NCBI GenBank assembly: GCA_030141605.1
Contig: JAQGDQ010000753.1
Coordinates: 37,728-101,727 of the forward strand
DNA length: 64,000 nt
Direction: 5' to 3'
From: Tubiluchus corallicola
Lineage: Eukaryota; Animalia; Priapulida
Each line of letters opens with the position of its first letter. The stretch's first letter is position 1. The notes under the pieces were generated by a model. It made no database searches and had not been told where the DNA came from. It was given only the letters and a program-made list of their open reading frames with translations. The position numbers were made by a program, and so were the translations under genes. Below, piece by piece: positions 28,266-38,169 of the stretch.

Positions 28266-28571
28266 GGTGCCCAACTAATTCTTGTATCACAAATAAATAC
28301 GTATGCAATAATTAGTGAATATATTTTGTTGAACTCAAAATTAGATTTGTGATAATAACAATCATAGCTAAACTGACAGTTTCTGCCTCAGTATAACGCA
28401 TTATAATTTCAGTTCAGTATTTTGTTAAGTGTGTTAATGCACAATTACAGCATTGAACATCATTGAAAAATGGTGATCGCCCAACTAACTTATTTTGAAA
28501 GACAATGTCTTTATCTTGAAGGATCACTTTAAAAAATACAAAATCGAATATTGCAGTATTGAACTTTAAAA

Positions 28572-29129
28572 CTACGGCCATATCACGTTGAAAACACCGG
28601 TTCTCGTTTGATCACCGAAGTTAAGCAACGAAGAGCCTGATTAGTACTTGGATGGGTGACCGCCTAGGAATACCAGGTGCTGTAGGCTTGCGGGATGCCC
28701 ACACTGTATCTCGACACTAGGCGGAGGGGCTGCACAAGCAGCCAACGGCTAGAGGGCAGAGGCGGTCAAGTGACCCAACGGCCATGTGTAGAGGAGTAAA
28801 CCTTCCAAATCAGGAGTGGAGCCCCGAAGGTGGACCAGTGCAGCACGCTCACTGATTCCGGCGGCTCCTGCAGCCAACCTGGTGCCATACGTATCGCTCC
28901 ACTTTCCTTTGGACTACACCAGGAAGGAAGAGAGGGGGTACCTGTTGTCTGGGCAACTCAGGATCTCCATACACCTTGCCCAGGCGTGTGCCCTAGAGAG
29001 GCCACTCCAGTGGTTCAAGGATCGGACTGCTCAGCCACGCTGCAGCTCCATCAATGTGATCAATAATTGACGCTCTAGGTGCACACTCCATTGTCTTCTG
29101 AGACAGAAGGATGCCAACAAACAACAACA
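28572..29129 (+). mobile_element. SINE3 copy 3 (near full length)
   Basis: 5S head, body, (CAA)n tail, TSD aactttaaaa. Confidence 0.9.
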
Positions 29130-29184
29130 AACTTTAAAAACTCTTCTGAATACTTTGCCAAACTTTTGCTGTGTGTTCTCTTAC

Positions 29185-29374
29185 CTTAAACAGTAACAGA
29201 CAGCAACTGTGCTCATCACAACACCTGTGATTATGCCAAGAATTGCAGATGTAGCAACAGAGGATCTAGAATACGTAGTTTCGTCAGCTACATTTAAACG
29301 GCTCCTATCTTGAAATAGTTCGGAGTTTTTACACTGAAGTTTCCTCCATATGTGGGATGCAGTTAGACTCCACG
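29185..29374 (-). CDS. Lectin-like receptor exon 5 (transmembrane helix)
   Basis: cag|(A)WSLTASHIWRKLQC...SVATSAILGIITGVVMSTVAVCYCL AG|gtaaga; hydrophobic run followed by RK. Confidence 0.78.
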
Positions 29375-29788
29375 CTGTGAATAGAACAATGTGCAAGTGG
29401 AAAAAATACATTGTGTCTTTCTTTGTTTTAAGTTTAAGGATGAAATACAAGCAAAAGTTGCGTTAGTTTCTCAACAGAATGAACTTGAAGTTGAAAAAGT
29501 GTTTTAAATCTCTTTCTTTGTGACATGATTATGACTTTGCAACTTTAACCGATATCCATCTCTGTTTTGTCTGGTTTTTGTCTATGATTCTGTAGCAGAA
29601 ATCTCAGTGTTTGCTTTGCTGGCAGTTTAATTCAAGAAACAAATTAGTTATTTTTTTAAGCCAGTAATCTTCAATATCTAATTTACTTAGTTACCATGAC
29701 AACTATAATATATGCTAGCAGTCACGAAGCACGAATCACATTTGTATTAAAACTGTGTTTTTTTTGCTTTCTATTGACAATCCTCTAC

Positions 29789-30040
29789 CTTGATATGTCA
29801 CAACTACATGTCCCATCATTGATCCTGTGAAAATGCGATTGTCTCGATAAATTTGCTTGGTAATCATATCTGCTGTAGCATCAGAACCCCTGAGCTGATA
29901 GTCAAGCTGCATGAAGTAATCAGCATATCTGCCTAGGTTACAGACTTCTGACATGTTTATGCTGGTCAGTTGCAGATGAAGTCGCAGTCGGAAACGGCCA
30001 TTCTTTGGTGCTTCGCTGCGTTCGGTTGGACAATCATCAT
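29789..30040 (-). CDS. Lectin-like receptor exon 4 (extracellular, unrecognised domain)
   Basis: tag|(D)DDCPTERSEAPKNGRFRLRLHLQLTSINMSEVCNLG...GHVVVTYQ G|gtagag; phase 1/1. Confidence 0.72.
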
Positions 30041-30078
30041 CTAAAATGTTGTTTAATTGTTATTAATTCTCGTGTAAG

Positions 30079-30449
30079 TGTTGTGTTTTGTTTCCTCGGA
30101 AGGCTCGTAGAGAAAACCAGAAAACACTTCATCAAATTAAACTAGTTTATTAAGCGAGAATTCTACAACACAAAAGTATGAAGGAACGCGAAATGATTAC
30201 AGTAAACGTGAAAAGTCTGGAAAACGTTTGAGTGTATCTGAAAATGCAAGTATACATGAGAATGTGTAAGTGGCGTCCGTGTGAATCTGCGTGTGTCTCT
30301 CTCAGTGGGCTGCTTCACCTTATATAGGGTGCCAGGGAACATTCTAGACGTTTCTTTCTAGAACATTCTACAAGGTAAGACGATTATTCTAACGGAACAT
30401 TCTACAATGTTCTATTTAATTCTAATAGATGCCAGCGATCTCCACAACA
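30079..30449 (-). mobile_element. Solo LTR
   Basis: TGTTGTG...CACAACA termini; TATA (ctatataag) then aataaa on the minus strand; homologue at 57405-57773. Confidence 0.72.
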
Positions 30450-30562
30450 TCAAGAAGATGCCCTCTATCCCCCTACAATGTTAATCAGATGAGCTGACCC
30501 AATTGAACACACATACTTTCTCCATTTTAGTTATCAACAAATAAGGATAGAAGTTTTCCTAC

Positions 30563-30701
30563 CAATTTTCCCTGGGATGCATGCATACTCTGTGTGAAGT
30601 TGACCTCTTGGTTGCATGCATGTTTGTAAGGATAATTCCATATTATATTGGCAGCGATTTCTACCGTTACACTTCTTCTGGATTGCATATTTTATTTGTG
30701 A
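30563..30701 (-). CDS. Lectin-like receptor exon 3 (C-half of SUEL-like domain)
   Basis: cag|SQIKYAIQKKCNGRNRCQYNMELSLQTCMQPRGQLHTEYACIPGKI G|gtagga; the C-x-G-x3-C ... L-x3-Y-x-C pattern is typical of SUEL domains. Confidence 0.75.
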
Positions 30702-30809
30702 CTGCAAAAAATATTACTAGGTTATAATATGTTGTTTATTGTTGTTTAAAACATGTCGTTTATTTGCGGTCAATTGGACAGCGAAGTTATTGGTTTGTCG
30801 CCAAGTCAA

Positions 30810-31125
30810 TCTGTAGCTGTTGAGTCGATCAGTCAGTCAGTGGGTCAGACAAGTCAATCAAAAGCTTTTCATTCGGTCAGTCGATCTGTCAGTCAGCGGG
30901 TCAGACAAGTCAATCAAAAGTTTTTCAGTTGGTCAGTCGATCTGTCAGTCAGCGGGTCAGACAAGTCAATCAAAAGTTTTTCAGGCGGTCAGTCGATCTG
31001 TCAGTCAGTGGGTCAGCCAAGTCAATCAAAAGTTTTTCAGTTGGTCAGTCAGTCTGTCAGTCAGTGGGTCAGACAAGTTAATCAAAAGCTTTTCATTCAT
31101 TCTGTTAATCAGTTGGTCAGTGAAG
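30810..31125. repeat. 56-bp minisatellite (about 5.5 copies) built on tcag
   Basis: gtcgatctgtcagtcagcgggtcagacaagtcaatcaaaagtttttcagttggtca. Confidence 0.9.
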
Positions 31126-31302
31126 TTAATGGTAGATTAACTTAGTTAATGAATCAGTTAGTCAGTTAATTGTCCTTTGCTAATCAGTCATTCAATTCTT
31201 CATTTACTAAGTCAGACAGTCACTCAGCGAGTCAACTTACTTAATGTAAATCATACTAACCAATGATTAACGGACAAATTATTACCTGGGTTACCTGCCT
31301 AC

Positions 31303-31421
31303 CTGTTTGTCTCGGCATTTCTCCGTCTGACCGGTATTGTTTAATGTGACTGAGTGGACAAGGATGACCGCTCCATCTCCACAGGCTACTATCAAAGTCC
31401 CACTGTCACAATAGCTGCTTC
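31303..31421 (-). CDS. Lectin-like receptor exon 2 (N-half of SUEL/Gal_lectin-like domain)
   Basis: tag|(G)SSYCDSGTLIVACGDGAVILVHSVTLNNTGQTEKCRDKQ|gtaggc; phase 1/0 fits both neighbours. Confidence 0.75.
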
Positions 31422-31800
31422 CTAAATAATGAAGTACAGATTGAAGTGAACAAGCAGTACATTGTGTCAGTGGTCAAAGCTGACCACAACTTAATTTTGA
31501 GTAATTCTTCTTACTCGGCATGCTAAAAAGTGATTGTAATAATAATAATAATAAGTATCAAATAATGTAGTAGTACTTACAATATAACTAACATATCTTG
31601 AATTAGTTAAATCAGGTGCTTAAATTAGTTAGTTAAATTAGTTTAACAGCTAGTAGAAAAGCTGATTTCTAAATTATGTAATTAATTTCTTTATCTAGAC
31701 GTGAGTCGTTTACAGAATTCATGTTTTTGGGATTGCAGAAAACACAGATTTTGCTTAGTTACTTGAGAAAAACATGAAACATAAAAACAGAACAACAGTG

Positions 31801-32186
31801 ATGTTACTTAAGTGAATTGTTAAGTCACATGACTGTCACAGTGAATTTGTCACATAACGTTATGATTGTCATCGTTAAAACTGCAAAATATCGTCGTAAA
31901 TGAATGTTACTTAAGTAAATTGTTAAGTTACATAACTGTCACAGTGAATTGTCACATAACGTTATGATTGTCATCATTAAAACTGCAAAATATCGTCGTA
32001 AATGAATGTTACTTAAGTGAATTGTTAAGTTACATAACTGTCGCAGTGAATTTGTCACATAACGTTATGATTGTCATCGTTAAAACTGCAAAATATCGTT
32101 ATAAATGAATGTTACTTAAGTAAATTGTTAAGTTACATAACGTTATGATTGTCGTCGTTAAAACTGCAAAATGTTGTCGCAAATGA
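31801..32186. repeat. Tandem repeat, about 103-bp unit, about 3.7 copies
   Basis: atgttacttaagt recurs at 31801, 31904, 32006 and 32109. Confidence 0.9.
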
Positions 32187-32278
32187 AACTCTATACTGTT
32201 ACATAAATTAATAAGCCTGAATACATTGAAAAACAGAATCGTTGTACAAAAAAGGATTAAACTAATTATTTCACTCAC

Positions 32279-32375
32279 CTTGGCAGGTAACATAAGTCGT
32301 TACGCTTAACAACAAAGCCGCAATACTGAAAACCTGCATTGCATGGAGTCCTGAACACTTTCTAATCATGTTCAT
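32279..32375 (-). CDS. SUEL-lectin-like type I membrane protein, coding exon 1 (signal peptide)
   Basis: MNMIRKCSGLHAMQVFSIAALLLSVTTYVTCQ G|gtgagt; in-frame TAA 12 codons upstream; a tttcag acceptor before 32495 implies an upstream non-coding exon. Confidence 0.75.
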
Positions 32376-33019
32376 AGTTGCCGACAGAGTGCCATTGTCG
32401 TTCTGACATTAGCATGCACTTAGTGGAGATTGCATTGCAAGTGAATAGATAAAGTTATTATTCAGATTAGTATTCGCTCGCTGGTTCAATTGTGCCTGAA
32501 ATTATCGAAAGACACTTGCTGTATTAGCATGTGAGAGATGTCAATGTTTACTGTAAACATCTATTTGAAATTAACAAAACCGGTTTAAAACTATTTCTAG
32601 ATATATGTAAAGTATTGCCAATTTTTTTCATGTATTTCATGGTATGGGTTGTCAAAGTATGTTATTTGTAATGGATGGCTTGTTGGTTTAAGGCATGAAT
32701 AAGTTAGTGAATAAAACACTGAACGTATATCTTTGCTTCATTATATTTTGTTTGAGTTTATTATACATATTTTGCTTCTTTCACTGATTTATTATTTACG
32801 TTTTTTTTGTTGTTCTTTTTTGGTTTGACTTTTTTCTAGCTTTTGTTTTAATCGGTTACTTAACTGCTTTACATATTTTGTTAATCATCATTTCATATTT
32901 TTCATTTTATTTCTTTGTTGCATAGCTTATTTAGTTATTTCGCTTTCATGTTTAATGCACCCCCCATAAATTCATGTTAACAGCAGCACTACAAATTTTT
33001 TACAATTTACACTAACCTG

Positions 33020-33235
33020 AGAAGGGTAGCTGACTCGATGACCAATTGGTCTTTCCCTACCCTCTCTCCTGCACCCCCCTCCACTGTTTCCTTTATGCTT
33101 AATTTATCCTTTTTAATCAATAACTATAAAAATAATAGTCAATTTGTATACAGGTGTAAATGAGGAGATAAATAAAAATGTCTATGTCTATGTCTATGTC
33201 TATGTCTATGTCTATGTCTATGTCTATGTCTATGT
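33020..33235 (+). repeat. LINE/SINE-like 3' tail with stem-loop and (CTATGT)n
   Basis: agggtag...ctaccct hairpin (related sequence on minus at about 17014-17060), aataaa, about 9 ctatgt units. Confidence 0.5.
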
Positions 33236-34263
33236 ATCTAAAGTAGCCACAATTTTTTCATGTAATTTGTGATAAAAAATGCCTAATTTTATATACTAGG
33301 CAGTATAAGCAAAATTTTTTTTTAAAATTCTGAGACATTTAATGTAGTTAAACTGATAATTTTGTTTTTCAAATACAGATTTTTGTATTTGTGTTTATAG
33401 AGCATTGTCTCCAAATTCGTAAAAGTCTTACTGTAAAAATTCCATTAGAATGTGCACCACAGAATGCATTCAGGTATTATTGATGAACGGAAAATGTATT
33501 AAAAGAAATATATTTTAGTAATGTTATAAAAGTGCTTTTGTACATGAAAACATGTAAATATCCAGAAACCGTTGTTTTTTTTACTTCTCTAAGCCCATTA
33601 ATTTGTATTTGAAAATACCTTTTTCAATTTTCTGTTTTTTTCTTCCTGTCTTCACATTTATGTAATTTCTTGTACACATACATCACAAGACATTCGTAGA
33701 TGACAGTGGCTGTTCACAAATTGTAGAATCATTAATTTCTACTTTCTAACTTTCAATGTAACTTTAGTTGTTCTAGCCACAATATTCTGCTCTTTCGTAC
33801 TCGCTTAGTAATCACATGCATATTTCTTGGAAACTGGTTGTACACAATTGTCTGTGAACTTCACTGTTATTAACTGTTGATTTGATAGGCGGTCGGTGTT
33901 ATTCACTGACCAGTGGTCAGTGTGGTTAACAGTTACTAAGTGGAGCGGTAGCTGTCCTTGAATTGGGTTTATTGCAGTGAAAGGGTTATTTTGTTTGGTT
34001 TGGGTTTATAGCAGCCTAACATGTCTTCATTGTATAGCTGAATTCTTTTTATACAGATATTCTCTTGTAGATGTTCCCATTCTGTTAAAATATTGTTTTG
34101 TCAACTTAATAAAAGAAATAAAATTTTGTTATATTATGGATTTTATTTATTTATATTTTTATAATAGTACTATGCTATATTTTTTTGTGTATCGAAGGGT
34201 TTTGTAAATCCTGGGTCTGTTTACAGTTTCAATGAATCAAGATGCTCATTAAAAGTAAATTTT

Positions 34264-35538
34264 TCAAATTGTCTGGTAACTTGAATTTTTTTTCAGTTTA
34301 TTTTGTTCCCAGTTTTTAACAGGAGTACACGTAACTGAACGTAGCATACTGAGCTTGGTTATTGTATTGTTGTTCGAAGCATGTATCTTAGACTTATTTA
34401 CATCAATTGGCATTCCATACCGTGCCCCCAAAATCACCTCAGGTGCCCGATAGAAACGCGATTGAATGTACGTGTACACCCTTTGGTGCTCATAACAGCT
34501 AGATCCGAAATCAATCACTTTGATACCACTACGACCCTGTTGTTTGAGCAACACATTCTCAGGTTTCAGATCACAGTGAATGATCTTATTTTTATGTAAT
34601 GCATCTAGACATTGCAGCAGCGAATGAGCAAACTTGCGAACTAGTTGTAGACTAAATCCCTGGAACTTGTTCTTCTTGATAAGCTCATAAAGGTTGATAC
34701 TGAGCAGCTCAAACGTGATACACTGATGATTACGGAAAACAAAGTGGTCAAACATATGAATGATGTTCATGGAATTGTCTTTGTCCTGTTTCTTGAGGTG
34801 CTCCAAAATGCGAATCTCTTCAGCAGCCTGGCGATGAAACCTTTTTTCATTTCGTACCATTTTTAGTGCAATATTTTGATGTGTTTTATGATCATATGCT
34901 TTCACTACCTGACCGAAACTACCTTTTCCAATCACTTTTAGTACTTCATATCGATATGAAATGTGGTCATGTGGTACATGGATGTACGAGCCGTTTTCAT
35001 CGTCATAACTACTGTTCTGAGGACCACCTATCACTCCTTGCCGCTTTTTTGCATTTGGTCCCAAAAAGAAGATTTCTTGGTAGCTAAAAATTTCGTGATG
35101 TTCATAAGCTGACAGTTTGTGCATATATAATTTCATTGACTGCTCTGGAGTCAGTGGCTGAGATTTTAGTTTTGTCGTGCCACCCACAGTATGGCCACTT
35201 CCAGTGCTTCCAGCACTGCTGGAGGGCCGCACTGTTGGCAACTGAGACTGAGTTGTAGGAGTCCCAGACTGATCGCCATTTTGTTTCATCTTCTGATCCG
35301 ATTCATAAAGCTGCTGAACTTGAAGGTTTCCCTGACTCGAGCCGTGATTTAACTTGGCTAGAGTTGGTTTTGAACCACTGCCAATCATCTGATTTTTCAG
35401 ACGTGGCAGCTGATTTTCGTTTGTCAAGCCAGTATTTTGAATGCGATCTCCTTTACCTAATGAATCTTTGCGGGTTGCTGATGCTGCTGCAGTAAAAGGC
35501 TGATCGGCCGTGGATAACGCCTTGACTCTCATCGACAT
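34264..35538 (-). pseudogene. 3'-truncated inverted duplicate of the DYRK2-like gene; ORF still open (379 identical aa + 45 novel aa)
   Basis: Protein identical to the + copy up to ...YGMPID, then VNKSKIHAS... from flanking DNA; lacks subdomains IX (most), X and XI. Confidence 0.85.
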
Positions 35539-36733
35539 TTCATGCACAAACCCCCCATGTCGAAACTGGCCACCCGTCCATGTACGTTCCTCACATATTT
35601 ATCCATAACACACTGTTGACAGTAACACAATTCAAAACATTAAATTCACCACAGTAAACTATTCTTTTCAGCTAAACACAACGATGTGATGTCAATCGTT
35701 GCTATGCTGAAAATTCGTTACTGACTGATGACGTCTATGGTCACGTGGCCACATGCGCAGACTCAAAGCTCCTGTGCTTCCGATAATTTTTAACCAATAG
35801 ATTATTGAGCTTACAACAAAAGCTCGACAGAAAGTTTAAATGTAGTAAAACCCTGGCTGTTTTAAACAACTTTTTTTGCTGGCGGTTGTTTTGAGACGAA
35901 ATGCGCTCGATTAACAAAGCTACCAGTCCAAAAAGGCAAAACATGTACCAGGAACGTTGCTCAACTAGCAATCAAGTTACCTTTGTTTAATGATTGAGCA
36001 GCAGGTACAGAACAGGTTTATGTACTGAGTTAATAGTCAGGTTGACATTACTTTCAGCTCCATTACAAGCAGTATTCTCACAGCGTAATCATCCTTTTCA
36101 TACGACAATTATGTTTCTACATACATACACTATTGCACTTACTCGGCACTGTTGTTTTCTACTGCCTTGTTGCACCTTATAACAAACTTTCCATTATTAA
36201 CTCACGCATGGTAGACTTTGTTATTGGCTGATATTTTGTGCGTTTTGATTGTAGAAAATTAGTTTTATTTTTTATATGATTGTTTTTAGTACATGAGGCT
36301 TTATACATACATATGTTTGGTCGAATGTTTTCATTTAAAAAAAATAAACGCAACTGTTCAACCTAGTGTTAATTATTACATTTTTCGACAAACCAGGAAA
36401 GTAAATGGTAAGAAATATTCAACTAAAACCAAGTTTTAAATTCAAAACCGTATTTTAAACCGTTTTTAATTTTAAGACAATTACTTGAACAATCGGTAGG
36501 CCATTCAACGTATTGACATAAACGAATTTCTTGTCACTCTTAATGAAGCATTCATAAAAATTAATATTCAAAAATCTATTTGGCTACAATTGCTACGTTG
36601 TTGTTTTTTTGCGATGAAAACTATTTTTCTTATTCCCGTGTTTATTGTGGAAAAAAGCTATTATTATTATTATCTATAGTAATGTTATGTAATACAAAGT
36701 TAAACTTAAATTAAAACTGTTTCTCAAACTTAC

Positions 36734-36963
36734 ATTATGACTTCGTGGTGCCCTCTTTCGTCGCTCCCAAAGCACAAATTCTCATTCATTTTTGATACAA
36801 ATTTGTTTAGTTGTTGGATAGATGGCGAAACAAACGCAAATGACGTTATGCGTCTCGTGACTGTTCGCCATAGAGCTTACTTTCCTAAATTTTGTAGGCG
36901 GATTCGTGTAAAGAAAGAAAATTTTCAAGATATTTTCTGCCTTATTTTAAAGGCTTATTGCAG
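36734..36963. promoter_or_regulatory. Putative bidirectional promoter with divergent non-coding first exons
   Basis: CpG-containing core with inverted atggcgaa...ttcgccat and tgacg (about 36822-36871); minus-strand donor gtaagt at 36733 and plus-strand donor cag|gtttga at 36964; lies between head-to-head genes. Confidence 0.4.
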
Positions 36964-37904
36964 GTTTGATTGTTTTAGTACTTCACGTGTAGTTTTTGTT
37001 CTAAATATGATCGTCATGTGTTACATTTATTTTTAAATTGAATTTCAGTGTTCAAGCTGAACTTGCATTCCCATGATTCAGCCTTGACTTTTCTGTTTTT
37101 TGTTTGCTTTCACTTAGTTTGCAGTTTCTTTTGTTTTACATATATTCTAACATTAAATTTGTTCAGCAACTGTTTGCTGCCTGTCATCTGAATTCGCTGA
37201 CAAGCCCTTTCTGTGTGTTTTGTCAGTATGGAAAATAATAGTACAACTGTTAGTGTTACAGTAACTACCTCCAGAGTTGTATGCTTTGCTTATTTTGCAC
37301 GTAAATGTCTGGCCAATAAAACCTGTTGTCATGTTATATTAAGATTCGCCTCTCTGCTTGCAGCTTTATGATATCGGTATTACTGTATTTTATATTTTTA
37401 TGTTGTATAACGATGAAATCTTAGGCGTACTTTTAGCAGTGTTGTCTCGCAGTTGCAGTAAGTTGCGCAAATAAACTAATACAATAACAAAGTCTACCAT
37501 GCGTGAGTTAATAATGGAAAGTTTGTTATAAGGTGCAACAAGGCAGTAGAAAACAACAGTGCCGAGTAAGTGCAATAGTGTATGTATGTAGAAACATAAT
37601 TGTCGTATGAAAAGGATGATTACGCTGTGAGAATACTGCTTGTAATGGAGCTGAAAGTAATGTCAACCTGACTATTAACTCAGTACATAAACCTGTTCTG
37701 TACCTGCTGCTCAATCATTAAACAAAGGTAACTTGATTGCTAGTTGAGCAACGTTCCTGGTACATGTTTTGCCTTTTTGGACTGGTAGCTTTGTTAATCG
37801 AGCGCATTTCGTCTCAAAACAACCGCCAGCAAAAAAAGTTGTTTAAAACAGCCAGGGTTTTACTACATTTAAACTTTCTGTCGAGCTTTTGTTGTAAGCT
37901 CAAT

Positions 37905-37985
37905 AATCTATTGGTTAAAAATTATCGGAAGCACAGGAGCTTTGAGTCTGCGCATGTGGCCACGTGACCATAGACGTCATCAGTC
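37905..37985. promoter_or_regulatory. Motif cluster upstream of DYRK2 CDS (CCAAT, tgcgcatg, CACGTG E-box, gacgtca); mirrored at about 35723-35803
   Basis: Motif sequences only; no functional data. Confidence 0.3.
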
Positions 37986-38169
37986 AGTAACGAATTTTCA
38001 GCATAGCAACGATTGACATCACATCGTTGTGTTTAGCTGAAAAGAATAGTTTACTGTGGTGAATTTAATGTTTTGAATTGTGTTACTGTCAACAGTGTGT
38101 TATGGATAAATATGTGAGGAACGTACATGGACGGGTGGCCAGTTTCGACATGGGGGGTTTGTGCATGAA

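Noticed and set aside
28685-28760. HDV-like ribozyme right after the 5S head
   Set aside because: Hairpins exist, but I could not build a consistent P1/P1.1/P2/P3 nested double pseudoknot with a proper L3.
34264-36226. Processed retrocopy of DYRK2
   Set aside because: Missing the 3' rather than the 5' end, includes upstream genomic sequence, no poly(A) or TSD, and adjacent to the parent.
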